NCBI GenBank assembly: GCA_964248365.1
Contig: CAXTYC010000017.1
Coordinates: forward strand, 32,001-96,000
Origin: an uncultured Chroococcidiopsis sp.
Lineage (GTDB): Bacteria; Cyanobacteriota; Cyanobacteriia; Cyanobacteriales; Chroococcidiopsidaceae
DNA length: 64,000 nucleotides
Direction of reading: 5' to 3'
The notes beneath the pieces were generated by a model. The model did no database searches and was not told the DNA's origin. It was given only the letters and a program-made list of their open reading frames with translations. This document shows, in pieces, positions 9,091 through 18,996 of this stretch. Positions within the stretch are counted from its first letter, which is position 1. Each line of letters opens with the position of its first letter. The position numbers and the translations under genes were made by a program.

Positions 9091-11031
9091 ATGCCTAATG
9101 ACAAGCGTTTCCTTCGCTCCAAACGTCTTCGCGCTTTGCTATGGTACACCGCTGATGGTAAGTGCCAAAGATGCGGTTGTGAATTGCCAGATAACTTTGA
9201 TGCTGACCATATAATTCCATATTCTATTTGCAAGCAAACCAACTTTCATGAAATGCAAGTATTATGTGAAAAATGTAATAGGGAGAAAGGCGCGATGCAA
9301 TTGAGAAAACATCAAGAAGAAATGCTACAAATTTGTGACCAAATTAAAGCTGGAGTAAGTAGCGTTAAAACTATAATTGCCAGCGTCACTCCAGCAGGTG
9401 GTAAAAGCGTATTAGCAGTAATTGCTGCTGCTCGTCTAATTCCAAAAGTAGCTGATGCCATCTGTTGGATCGCACCACGTCAATCACTTCAGAAACAAGC
9501 AGAAGAGGCTTTTGCAGATGGCAGATATAGGAATTTTCTGAAGCACCATTGTGTGATTCGAGCGGCAACAAACGAATATAATCCATGTCGAGGTTATGAA
9601 GGCTACGTTACGACTTATCAAGCATTAAATGCTGATCGAAGTACTCGTATTAACGCTCAAGAATTTGCTAGAAAGCGATATATTTTATTTTTAGACGAAG
9701 TTCATCATATTGAACTGGGTAGCCCAACCCATGAAGCTATTCAGCCACTAGTAGACCACGCAGCAATTTTGATTTTAGGCAGTGGCACTTATGAACGTGG
9801 CGACGGCAAGCGGATTGCCTTTTTGCCTTATCAAGAAGTTTCGGGCGGAGTCACTCTTAACCTTGAAAATTTCAATCAGCCTGATATTGCAGTAATTCGG
9901 TATAATCGCCGCGATGCCTTGGTGGAAAAGGCTATCATTCCCTTACATTTTCAACTTTGGGATGGTCACGCCCAATGGATAGACAAGGAAGGAGAATCTC
10001 GTACAATTGAAAGTTTAGCAGAAGCTGGCGATGACACAGAGGATGGTCTGTACACAGCTCTTAATACACAGTATGCGTTTGAGTTATTGGGAGAGTGCCT
10101 CGATCACTGGAAAGCTCACAGAGAGTTTAACAGACGAGCCAAAATGTTGGTAGTAGCAGCTAACATTTCCAGTGCGAACCGTTATCTAGAGCGGTTAAAA
10201 GATCTTGGCGTTATGGCTGCGATCGCTACCAGTGCTGACAGCAAAGACGCAAAGAAAGCAATTGAGCGTTTCAAAACTCACGGTAAAGATGCAGTAGATA
10301 TTTTGGTGACAGTAGCAATGGCATACGAGGGATTGGATGTACCCGCCGTAACTCATATTGCTTGCTTAACCCATATTAGAAGCGCTCCTTGGATCGAGCA
10401 AATGGTAACGCGAGCAGCCCGTGTAGATCGTGGTAATGGCGCTTTAGACTACGATCACCAACTCGGCTTCATTTATGCTCCAGACGATCGGCTATTTCAA
10501 GAATGCATTGCTAGCATCCAAGCAGAACAAGAACCATTTTTAAAAGAACGACAGGAAAAACTGCGTAGTGAATCAAGTAGTTCTGGTAGCGAACAAAAGG
10601 AATATTCGACATTTGCTAACGCCATCATACCTTTGCTTTCTGCCGCAACTCGTGAAAGAGCAAGTGGTATAAACGGCGAAACTCTAGACTATGAAGAAAC
10701 TCAACGCATTAGGACTGCAATGGAAAGTGCTGGATTACCTGGAATTAGCCCTATCCAGTTTAAGCGAGCGTGTGAAATTTATAATTCTTATCAACCAATC
10801 AGTGACATTCCTGCCCAGTTCCGAGATCCAACCCCTAGCGAAACTGAAGATAAACTTAGGCAATATATCGAAAACCACAACCGAAAGTATGAAATACATA
10901 ATCAGCTAAAGTACGGAACCCTTAACAAAGAAATTAAGACTCGATTTGGCAAAGGTCGTGAACACATGACCATAGAGGAATTAAAGCGCGTCTGGGCATG
11001 GGTGCAAGAAAAATATCCTATCGAGGTATGA
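9091..11031 (+). CDS. HNH endonuclease domain fused to an SF2 (ResIII/DEAD-like) helicase
   Basis: N-terminal CQRC...DADHIIP...LCEKCNREK; Walker A TPAGGKS, Walker B FLDEVHH, motif III SGT, motif V MAYEGLDVP, motif VI QMVTRAAR; GGAGG (9078-9082) precedes ATG 9091. Confidence 0.85.
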   Translation: MPNDKRFLRSKRLRALLWYTADGKCQRCGCELPDNFDADHIIPYSICKQTNFHEMQVLCEKCNREKGAMQLRKHQEEMLQICDQIKAGVSSVKTIIASVTPAGGKSVLAVIAAARLIPKVADAICWIAPRQSLQKQAEEAFADGRYRNFLKHHCVIRAATNEYNPCRGYEGYVTTYQALNADRSTRINAQEFARKRYILFLDEVHHIELGSPTHEAIQPLVDHAAILILGSGTYERGDGKRIAFLPYQEVSGGVTLNLENFNQPDIAVIRYNRRDALVEKAIIPLHFQLWDGHAQWIDKEGESRTIESLAEAGDDTEDGLYTALNTQYAFELLGECLDHWKAHREFNRRAKMLVVAANISSANRYLERLKDLGVMAAIATSADSKDAKKAIERFKTHGKDAVDILVTVAMAYEGLDVPAVTHIACLTHIRSAPWIEQMVTRAARVDRGNGALDYDHQLGFIYAPDDRLFQECIASIQAEQEPFLKERQEKLRSESSSSGSEQKEYSTFANAIIPLLSAATRERASGINGETLDYEETQRIRTAMESAGLPGISPIQFKRACEIYNSYQPISDIPAQFRDPTPSETEDKLRQYIENHNRKYEIHNQLKYGTLNKEIKTRFGKGREHMTIEELKRVWAWVQEKYPIEV

Positions 11032-11052
11032 CTATAAATCAGACTCAATTAT

Positions 11053-11066
11053 AGTACAATAGTACT
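11053..11066. promoter_or_regulatory. Putative cyanobacterial LexA box
   Basis: (T)AGTAC-AATA-GTACT(A), perfect inverted half-sites between the helicase stop and the next ORF. Confidence 0.65.
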
Positions 11067-11134
11067 AAATAGTTAATTCCTGACCAATATGGCTGCTGAT
11101 ACAGGGACTTGGCTGATGTAGTTAGCCTAGAAGT

Positions 11135-11905
11135 GTGATGATTTGTAGAACACTTGTGAAATCAAACATTGCCAAGGTAAGAACAGTAACGGTTGGTGAA
11201 GCAGGGGATCTCGCAGCTCCTCCAGGTTCTCAACCTTGGGCGATCGCTGTGCGACTGCAAATTCAATCTCTCCTCAAGGACAATGCTAGCAGCGTCAAAC
11301 ATCTGCAAACCTGGCTCAAAGGCATGGAGGAATATGCTGGATATCGCCAGTTAACCGATGAAAACGGTAAATTGTTTAGCTCATATGCTGCATTTTGTCA
11401 AGCTAAACCACCTTGGGGGCTTGGCTATCCTCCAGAGGTAATTGACCAGATTCTTAAGGAACTGGAGTTATTTCAAGCAGAGCAGAGTGATGAAGAAGAC
11501 AAGCAACTTAAGACTTGGGGAAATTTAGAGGGGTATTTACAGAGGTTTTCTAAGCTGGTTCAAAATTGTCCTGATAATCAGCCTATTAATGCAAGCAAAA
11601 TTAAGCAAGTATTAAATATTGGGCGCAGCAAAGCAGACCTTTGGCGAAAACGGTGGGTGGATTTGGGATGGATGGAAAAATCTGCAAATGGAGAGCGTGG
11701 CTATTACCAAATTACCGAGGAGGGGCGGAAAGTTGTAAAAGAATGGTTAGAAAAAGCGCCATCTGGTAGTACAAATGGCGAATTATGGCTAACCATTCCT
11801 CGTTGTAATTCTAAAAAGGCAGCACAGAAGCTGATTGAATCTTTAGAAGTTGACCAACTCCAAGAACTTTACAACCTAATTGGAGAATCACTCAATCAGC
11901 AGTAA
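11135..11905 (+). CDS. Hypothetical protein with probable winged-helix DNA-binding domain
   Basis: 256-aa ORF; INASKIKQVLNIGRSKADLWRKRWVDLGWMEK...YYQITEEG resembles a wHTH; start uncertain. Confidence 0.7.
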   Translation: MMICRTLVKSNIAKVRTVTVGEAGDLAAPPGSQPWAIAVRLQIQSLLKDNASSVKHLQTWLKGMEEYAGYRQLTDENGKLFSSYAAFCQAKPPWGLGYPPEVIDQILKELELFQAEQSDEEDKQLKTWGNLEGYLQRFSKLVQNCPDNQPINASKIKQVLNIGRSKADLWRKRWVDLGWMEKSANGERGYYQITEEGRKVVKEWLEKAPSGSTNGELWLTIPRCNSKKAAQKLIESLEVDQLQELYNLIGESLNQQ

Positions 11906-11956
11906 CAGCAGTACTACAAAAGTAGCATCTAACCACCTGTTCAATCTTTGCGTTTC

Positions 11957-11976
11957 CCTGGGGTTTAAACCCCAGG
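11957..11976. terminator. Perfect 20-bp palindrome between convergent genes (terminator- or REP-like)
   Basis: CCTGGGGTTT-AAACCCCAGG. Confidence 0.5.
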
Positions 11977-11993
11977 CTTGCGTCGAGTGCGGT

Positions 11994-13490
11994 TCAAAAA
12001 TTCAACAACTGGGCTGTCTGCTCAGGTTTTACCAAAGTATTCGCACACAAAATACCCGACGCAGCCACAGCCGGAACCCCAATTCCTGGCATGGTGCTAT
12101 CTCCGACACGGTACAAACCAGGAATGGGAGTGTGTGAACTCGGAAACATCCCCTTACCTGCTGCAATAGCTGGACCATAAGTGCCTTGATAACGTCGCAG
12201 ATAGTAAGCATGAGTCAGCGGTGTGCCAATTAATTCCAACACGACACGCTGACGAATATCTGGAATAATGCGTTCTAAGGCACGGTATAGGGATTGCGAT
12301 CGCTCCTGTTTCTTCTGCTGATAACCCTCATCTCGTTGCCAATTGCTGTATGGTTCTAATGTATAGGCGTGAACAACATGATGACCAGGCGGTGAGAGAG
12401 TGCGATCCCAGACGGAAGGAATGGAAATCATACAGGTATTACCTGGTTCTGTAATATCCTTTTGGGCATCATGCACCACCACGTGATGTCCTGTCAAATT
12501 TTCTAAATTCTCTGCTTTTATGCCCAAATGTAGATGCATAAAACTATCAATAGCTGGTGTGGCAACAGCCTGTTGATATAATGTTGGTACTTCCGCTAGC
12601 AAATTGTTATAGGTATCCCAAATTGTGGCATTAGAAATCACAATTGGAGCTTTGAGGATTTCACCCTGACGTAACTTTACACCCGCCACCTTGCCAGATT
12701 CCAGTAAAATTTGGTCTACATGAGTGGACAATCTTAGCTCACCACCCCAACGTTGTAAACCGCGCACTAGAGCATCAACAATTGCCCCGCTTCCTCCGAT
12801 TGGGTATTCAACTCCAACATGAGAGCGTTCGCCCAACACAAAAGCAACCTCTGGGGCGATCGTACCGTGAGCTTTTAGACCTGAAAGTAAAAAGCATTCT
12901 AGATCAATCAGTCGTCGCACCCAAGGATCGCGTACTTCCCGATCCATGACTTGTCCTACTGAACCTTGGATCGTACCCAGATGAGGCAGCATTTTCACCA
13001 GCGATGGTAAATAGCTTTTGAGTAAAACCGGAATTAGTTGCCAATCTGCTCTCAAAGCTAGTGTAGGAATTCCTTGTAAAGCATCGTATAGCGGTAACAA
13101 TCGTTTGATAAATCGCTCCAGTTCGCTAGCACCTAAAGGAGTAATTTGACTGACTGCTTCTAGATAACGCTCTTGCTGACTATAAACAGGAAAAGTGCCT
13201 TCTGGAAAGTGATAATGTCCCATTGGGTCATAAGGTACAGCTGGGAGTACTTCTCCTAGTACCTCAAGCACTTGTCGCAGGGGATTGCGACTGCTGGGGT
13301 CAATCAAACCACTGTAAAAAGAGGGACCAGAATCAAATATAAATCCTCGCCGTGAGAAACTATGCGCCGCACCCCCAGCGATCGCATGGCTTTCACAAAC
13401 AATCACTCGTTTGCCATAACGAGACAACAAAGCAGCAGCGGTTAAACCACCGATTCCGCTACCAATTACAATAACGTCACTATCATACAT
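11994..13490 (-). CDS. FAD-dependent oxidoreductase, phytoene desaturase/carotenoid isomerase (CrtI/CrtH) superfamily
   Basis: GSGIGG Rossmann motif, FDSGPS, YPIGGSGAIVDAL, GDSTMPGIGVPAVAASG. Confidence 0.88.
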   Translation of the reverse strand: MYDSDVIVIGSGIGGLTAAALLSRYGKRVIVCESHAIAGGAAHSFSRRGFIFDSGPSFYSGLIDPSSRNPLRQVLEVLGEVLPAVPYDPMGHYHFPEGTFPVYSQQERYLEAVSQITPLGASELERFIKRLLPLYDALQGIPTLALRADWQLIPVLLKSYLPSLVKMLPHLGTIQGSVGQVMDREVRDPWVRRLIDLECFLLSGLKAHGTIAPEVAFVLGERSHVGVEYPIGGSGAIVDALVRGLQRWGGELRLSTHVDQILLESGKVAGVKLRQGEILKAPIVISNATIWDTYNNLLAEVPTLYQQAVATPAIDSFMHLHLGIKAENLENLTGHHVVVHDAQKDITEPGNTCMISIPSVWDRTLSPPGHHVVHAYTLEPYSNWQRDEGYQQKKQERSQSLYRALERIIPDIRQRVVLELIGTPLTHAYYLRRYQGTYGPAIAAGKGMFPSSHTPIPGLYRVGDSTMPGIGVPAVAASGILCANTLVKPEQTAQLLNF

Positions 13491-13714
13491 CGTTCATCCG
13501 CCCAAGCGTACCACTTAGTTGTATCCTTGTAACAAATAAAATTAAACTACTTCATTATCTTTGCGCTAAGGCGAGGCGTGACATAAATCTAACGGACCGA
13601 ATAAACTAATATGTCAAAAAAGCGCCCCACTCATAGCGCCCCTTACTAGCACTTAACAGTCTAGACTGTGGGAGGAAAGACAAAAACCCGCCTCTACAAA
13701 CTTACAACTTGCTG

Positions 13715-14497
13715 ATGGCTGAGCCGTTGATCGAACTAAAAAGCGTTAGTAAATCCTTTGGTAGCAATGTAGTTTTGGATCAAGTCGATCTAACAATCTA
13801 TAAAGGAGAAGCGCTGGCTATTATTGGTCCTTCTGGTACTGGAAAATCAACTATCCTACGGTTGATTGCTGGATTAATAGCTCCAGATAGTGGAGAAATT
13901 TATGTACAAGGACAACTACGACAGGGATTAATTGAAGATGCTCCAGATCCGATTGGTATTGGAATGGTGTTTCAACAGGCAGCTTTATTTGACTCGTTAA
14001 CCGTACAAGAAAATATCGGCTTTTCCTTGTACCAACACTCGAATCTAGAGCGATCGCGCATTCGGGATCTAGTAAATCATCGATTAGAAATGGTAGGCTT
14101 GCCTGGAATTGGCGATCGCTATCCATCTGAGTTATCTGGAGGAATGCGTAAGCGAGTCAGTTTTGCCAGAGCAGTTATGTATAATCCAGACGATCCCAAA
14201 GACAGGTCAGAAGTTTTACTGTACGATGAACCCACCGCAGGACTCGATCCAATTGCTTCGACTGTAATTGAAGATTTGATCCGGCGACTGCAATGTACAG
14301 AAGGGATTTGTAATACCTACGTCATTGTCACCCACCAGGATAGTACAATCCGTCGCACTGCCGATCGCGTTCTCTTTCTTTACCAAGGTAAATTTCAGTG
14401 GGGAGGAACTATAGATAAAATTGATACCACAGACAATCCCTTAGTGAGACAATTTTTTAGTGGCAATGTAGAAGGACCGATCCATGTGGCTGGCTAA
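13715..14497 (+). CDS. mlaF: MlaF/TGD3-type lipid ABC transporter ATPase
   Basis: GPSGTGKS, LSGGMRKRV, YDEPTAGLDP; upstream of an MCE protein. Confidence 0.88.
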   Translation: MAEPLIELKSVSKSFGSNVVLDQVDLTIYKGEALAIIGPSGTGKSTILRLIAGLIAPDSGEIYVQGQLRQGLIEDAPDPIGIGMVFQQAALFDSLTVQENIGFSLYQHSNLERSRIRDLVNHRLEMVGLPGIGDRYPSELSGGMRKRVSFARAVMYNPDDPKDRSEVLLYDEPTAGLDPIASTVIEDLIRRLQCTEGICNTYVIVTHQDSTIRRTADRVLFLYQGKFQWGGTIDKIDTTDNPLVRQFFSGNVEGPIHVAG

Positions 14498-14583
14498 ATT
14501 AGAGGAACTAGGGGCTAGTGTGTAGAGACGAGCGCACAGGGTTCGTCGCTGCAAAAGAGGAACAGATGTAGGAGGAGAAAAAG

Positions 14584-16164
14584 ATGCGAACACGCGCAGT
14601 TCGAGAAGGCTCCGTTGGTTTATTGTTCTTGCTAGGACTGGGGCTATTTGTGGGTTTATTTCTGTGGTTGCGTGGCTTAAGCGTTGGTGAGCGTAGCTAT
14701 AAAGCAGTAATTAATTTTCCAATAGTAAACGGACTGCAAGAAGGCGGAACAGTGCGGTTTCGTGGTGTAAATGTAGGCAAGATTTCAACGATCAGACCGA
14801 AACCAAATGGCGTGGAAGTTGATGCTGAAATTAGTCCAGCTAACTTAATCATCCCGCGTGATGTGATAGTTGAAGCCAACCAGTCTGGTCTCATCAGCGA
14901 AGTCAATGTCGATATTACTCCACAACGGGAGCTACCAAGGGGGGAAGTTACAGCTTTACCACTCGATCCAAATTGCGATCGCACCTTGATCATTTGCAAT
15001 GGTTCCCAGCTACAAGGACAAATTGGCATTAGCACTGATGAACTTATTCGTAACTCGACTCGCTTTTTGCAAGTTTACAGTAACCAAGAACTATTCAACA
15101 ACGTCAATGCAGCGGCAAGAAACGCATCCATCGCCGCAAATTCCGTCTCTCAACTCACCCGCGAACTTTCCGTTTTCACAAGAGCTACAGGTCAACAACT
15201 GGGCAGCTTTGCTGCTACAACGAATTCAGTGCAAAGGGCAGCAAATCAAATCAGTGCCTCGACTACTAAAACAGCATCTTCCCTTGATGCAACTGCTGCT
15301 CAATTCAAGTTGACAGCCGTTCAAGCCAATCGTCTGATCGCTAACCTCGACAGTTTGCTAACTACAAACCGTTCCTCGCTGGTGACTGCTTTGAACAACC
15401 TCGCCCAAACCAGCCAGCAACTACGCACTACAGTTAACAACCTCACCCCTACACTTAACCGCGTTAATCAAGGACAACTGATCCAGAATTTAGAAACCCT
15501 AACAGCAAATGCTGCTCAAGCGTCGGCTAATTTGCGTGATGTTTCTAATGCTCTGAATAATCCTACCAACCTGCTGACATTGCAACAAACTCTAGACTCT
15601 GCCAGAGTGACATTTGGGAACGCGCAGAAAATCACATCTGACTTGGATGAGTTGACAGGAGATCCTGCCTTCCGCAACAATGTTCGTGACCTGATCAATG
15701 GTTTAAGTAGTTTAGTCTCGTCCACCCAGCAGATACAACAGCAAGTCCAAGTGGCTCAAACTCTAGACTCTGTAACATCTGTAGTGAACAATCCACAGGC
15801 TGATACTTTGAAGTTAGGCTCTAATGTAGCAATTTCTAAAATTCCCACTGTGGATAGGAAATTTGCTTCTAGGGAAACCCAGCAGTCGAACTATACTGCC
15901 AGTAGCAAGAAAGGGGAATTTCTAGCTAAAAAAACACAACCACAGTGGCTGCTCGATCTGAAGGCAAGTAGGAAGGGAAATTCCCAATTCGCAATAGACC
16001 CTGGCGCTACACTGCGTGAACGCAATTCAGAATTAAAAACGCACTTACCAATTACCAACTACCAACTACCAACTACCAACTACCAACTACCACTTACCGA
16101 TTACCAACTACCAATTAGTTTATTTGATAATTCGGTTAATTACTCTGGCGCAGCAAAGCGATAA
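14584..16164 (+). CDS. mlaD: MlaD/MCE-family protein (TGD2/Ycf22-like) with a repeat-derived C-terminal tail
   Basis: REGSVGL...TM, GGTVRFRGVNVGKI MCE domain, long coiled region. Confidence 0.88.
   Translation: MRTRAVREGSVGLLFLLGLGLFVGLFLWLRGLSVGERSYKAVINFPIVNGLQEGGTVRFRGVNVGKISTIRPKPNGVEVDAEISPANLIIPRDVIVEANQSGLISEVNVDITPQRELPRGEVTALPLDPNCDRTLIICNGSQLQGQIGISTDELIRNSTRFLQVYSNQELFNNVNAAARNASIAANSVSQLTRELSVFTRATGQQLGSFAATTNSVQRAANQISASTTKTASSLDATAAQFKLTAVQANRLIANLDSLLTTNRSSLVTALNNLAQTSQQLRTTVNNLTPTLNRVNQGQLIQNLETLTANAAQASANLRDVSNALNNPTNLLTLQQTLDSARVTFGNAQKITSDLDELTGDPAFRNNVRDLINGLSSLVSSTQQIQQQVQVAQTLDSVTSVVNNPQADTLKLGSNVAISKIPTVDRKFASRETQQSNYTASSKKGEFLAKKTQPQWLLDLKASRKGNSQFAIDPGATLRERNSELKTHLPITNYQLPTTNYQLPLTDYQLPISLFDNSVNYSGAAKR
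16046..16116. repeat. Tandem heptamer (TACCAAY)n translated in the mlaD tail
   Basis: About 10 units, giving LPITNYQLPTTNYQLPLTDYQLPI. Confidence 0.85.
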
Positions 16165-16552
16165 TTTGCTCATTAGCCTTGGGGAAGGTAAAACAGTCAA
16201 GTTCATCAAGTGTTACCCACCGAATTTCGTCGCATTCAAGTAGTTGAGGAACTCCCCCAATATGGCGGCAGTGATGTACTGTGAGGGTAACACGCAAGTG
16301 GGTGTAGTCATGTTCAATAGTAATCAAATGCTTGCCCACTTCAATGGAGATTCCCAATTCCTCCCTAATTTCTCGTTCAATACACTCTTCAACAGTTTCA
16401 CCTGGTTCTATTTTCCCGCCTGGGAATTCCCATAAGCCGCCCATCATGCCCCCTGGACGACGGCGATCAATTAAAATCTGGTGATGATTGTTCCAAATTA
16501 CACCTACGCCAATAATTTTGTGTGGAGGGGAAGTAGGTAAGCTGTTGTGCAT
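16136..16552 (-). CDS. mutT: 8-oxo-dGTP diphosphatase MutT (NUDIX)
   Basis: WEFPGGKIEPGETVEECIEREIREELG Nudix box; FPKAN. Confidence 0.9.
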   Translation of the reverse strand: MHNSLPTSPPHKIIGVGVIWNNHHQILIDRRRPGGMMGGLWEFPGGKIEPGETVEECIEREIREELGISIEVGKHLITIEHDYTHLRVTLTVHHCRHIGGVPQLLECDEIRWVTLDELDCFTFPKANEQIIALLRQSN

Positions 16553-16601
16553 TTAAGTTGCATCGTATTGAACCGCAGGGGGCGCAGGGGGAGTATTTAT
16601 T

Positions 16602-16946
16602 CTATTGTTGCTCAGAGTTGTATACTTGAGTTGATTGCAGTGTTCTTTCAAACACCATGCGCTGTTCAGCGTTACGTAAGAAGTAGCCACTAATCATTGC
16701 TGAAGCAAGCAGTCTACCAAGATTTTCCCGGCTGGTGCTGATAGTCACGTCAAAATGTTCTGAAGGCAAATTACCCAATATGCCTACGATATTGCGCTCT
16801 ATTACCTGAAAAACTTCTGCTGAGCTAGGTTTGGATAGCTGATTGATTGTTTCTGGACTCAGGGACTGGACATATTGCCATAACGAGTCATCAGTGTGCG
16901 ACTCACCATTAAAGAATTCTGAGATTTGATTTGAAGAGTTGTTCAC
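16602..16946 (-). CDS. DUF760 family protein
   Basis: LWQYVQSLSPETI...LGRLLASAMISGYFLRNAEQRM. Confidence 0.85.
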   Translation of the reverse strand: MNNSSNQISEFFNGESHTDDSLWQYVQSLSPETINQLSKPSSAEVFQVIERNIVGILGNLPSEHFDVTISTSRENLGRLLASAMISGYFLRNAEQRMVFERTLQSTQVYNSEQQ

Positions 16947-17300
16947 GTTATTCCTCGACTAGGGATGTATCTACCAGTTTCTGATTTAATTTTTTAATTT
17001 AGCAAGTAGCTTTGGTACTTTTTCCAATAGGGCTGGCTGTTAGTGCCTTTATGCAACTTAATGTAACAACTTAATTTCCCCTCTGGCAGTTGGTGAAACC
17101 GAACTCTTTTTGGGGGATGATCTCACCTTTGGGAGGGGTGAGGAGTGGGGAGTGAGGGAAAACGCTTAATGATGAATGCAATTGCATTACCTCTGGATTA
17201 CTTCAGTCAGAGTCATACTTTTGATTTGCTTTACTATAATTATTCTATTTTTGTCAATATTTTGTTATACTTATTAATAGAACTTTGTACGAGGGCATCC

Positions 17301-17477
17301 ATGCGCTACACCGATAAAGAAGGGAATACCCTCAACATCAATGAATACATGACTGCCGAGAGCTTCTTTATTGAGGCTGATATATATACCTGCGAACCAC
17401 TGGAGATGCATTTTAATGCAAAAGGAGAGCTAAGAGCAGGAAAGAGACCAAACAAAGCAGTAGCTATCTCTTTATAG
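17301..17477 (+). CDS. Small hypothetical protein (58 aa)
   Basis: GAGG at 17291-17294 then ATG 17301; MRYTDKEGNTLN...; no family recognised. Confidence 0.45.
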   Translation: MRYTDKEGNTLNINEYMTAESFFIEADIYTCEPLEMHFNAKGELRAGKRPNKAVAISL

Positions 17478-17564
17478 TCATGTCTAGGTATTGAGCTTGA
17501 TATCAAGATCTCTACCTAGCATTTACCCTTTAGTTTTCGCTCCATTTTTGCACAGGAACCAGTT

Positions 17565-17762
17565 ATGTATCAGCCCATCGAATTATCTTTAGAGCAAGAA
17601 TTTAGTCTTAGAAGCTTTGCTAACCAAGTACAGCGTATGTCCCGTGAACAAGCTCAGGAGTTTTTGATCGTGCTGCACGAGCAAATGCTTCTTAAGGATA
17701 ATATGTATAAGTCTTTTCTCAAGCACAAGTGGGAACTAGATTCAGATTCAATGTTTGTGTAA
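17565..17762 (+). CDS. nblA: Phycobilisome degradation protein NblA
   Basis: PIELSLEQEFSLRSFANQVQRMSREQAQEFL...KHKW. Confidence 0.92.
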   Translation: MYQPIELSLEQEFSLRSFANQVQRMSREQAQEFLIVLHEQMLLKDNMYKSFLKHKWELDSDSMFV

Positions 17763-17810
17763 AGGGCGATCGCTAGACTAATGACTCGATAACAGAGGCG
17801 TTGTTAAATC

Positions 17811-17844
17811 AGGGGTAGTGTGACGGAAGCTATTACACTACCCC
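17811..17844. terminator. Hairpin between the convergent nblA and sigma factor genes
   Basis: GGGGTAGTGT...ACACTACCCC. Confidence 0.5.
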
Positions 17845-18039
17845 CAACCAACGCAAGTACTGGACTTGTTGGCTCAAAAGTGCGGCGTAAATCATCAGGG
17901 CAGAAGGATGCTATTTATCAATAAGCGCCTGATCAAACTCACAAGGCATTTACAGCGGAAGTTTTCGGGGGGAATAATTCCGCCCCAAACACTTCCATAT
18001 TGAACCTACATCGCCCCAGGGTCCCCAGTCTTAGTACCC

Positions 18040-18996
18040 TTAGCTAGCCAAGTATTGATCTAAGTCAGCTTTGCGCTTGCGAAGTTTGGTTAAGGCTTCG
18101 CGCTCAATTTGGCGTACTCGTTCCCGACTAATATTGAGGCGATCACCTATTTTTGCCAGAGTCATGGCTTGTCCATCGGCTAATCCAAACCGTAGAGACA
18201 AGACTTCCCGTTGCTGGGGAGTCAAATCTGCCATCAGCTTTTCTATATCTGTAGATAAACACGACTCGGTAACAAAATCTTCTGGGGAAGCTCCTGTATC
18301 TTCTAATAGTTCTCCCAATTCGGTATCCTGATTATCCCCCACTCGTAAATCTAGCGACAGTGGCAGCCTTGCTTTTTCTAGGTACTCTCGTACCTGTCTG
18401 GGGGTTAATTCTAGTTCTACTGCTAACTCGGATATTGTCGGGGCGCGTCCCAGTTGCTGAGATAGACTGCGCTGTGCTTTTTTAATTTTGTTTAGCTTCT
18501 CTGTAATATGGATCGGTAAGCGAATTGTGCGCCCTTTTTCCGCGATCGCCCGTGTTATAGCTTGCCGTATCCACCAATACGCATAAGTTGAAAACCGATA
18601 ACCCTTGGTTGGGTCAAACTTTTCTACCCCCCGCTGCATTCCGATTGTACCTTCCTGAATCAAATCCAGTAAGTCTACGTTGCGCTTAATATACTTTTTG
18701 GCAACGGAAACTACCAATCTCAGGTTTGCTTCTACCATCTTGCGCTTGGCAATTTCACCCTGATCGATCGCTCTTTTCAACTCGATCCGATCTACCTGTG
18801 AAGCGAGGCTCCACTCATCTAAAGTCGGTTCACGACCCAACTGCTCGGTTAGAGATTCTCTTACCATATACAAGGCGGTTGATCGCTGCACCTGTTTGCC
18901 ATACACTATTTCCTGCTCGTGAGTTAGTAACGGTACACGACCGATCTCACGCAAATATGTGCGTACAAGGTCAGTTGTTGTCTGAGCGGTCTTCAT
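18040..18996 (-). CDS. Group 2 RNA polymerase sigma factor (SigD-like)
   Basis: [55 protein letters not shown]; lacks region 1.1. Confidence 0.92.
   Translation of the reverse strand: MKTAQTTTDLVRTYLREIGRVPLLTHEQEIVYGKQVQRSTALYMVRESLTEQLGREPTLDEWSLASQVDRIELKRAIDQGEIAKRKMVEANLRLVVSVAKKYIKRNVDLLDLIQEGTIGMQRGVEKFDPTKGYRFSTYAYWWIRQAITRAIAEKGRTIRLPIHITEKLNKIKKAQRSLSQQLGRAPTISELAVELELTPRQVREYLEKARLPLSLDLRVGDNQDTELGELLEDTGASPEDFVTESCLSTDIEKLMADLTPQQREVLSLRFGLADGQAMTLAKIGDRLNISRERVRQIEREALTKLRKRKADLDQYLAS

Noticed and set aside
13520..13534. NtcA site
   Set aside because: Spacing does not fit GTA-N8-TAC
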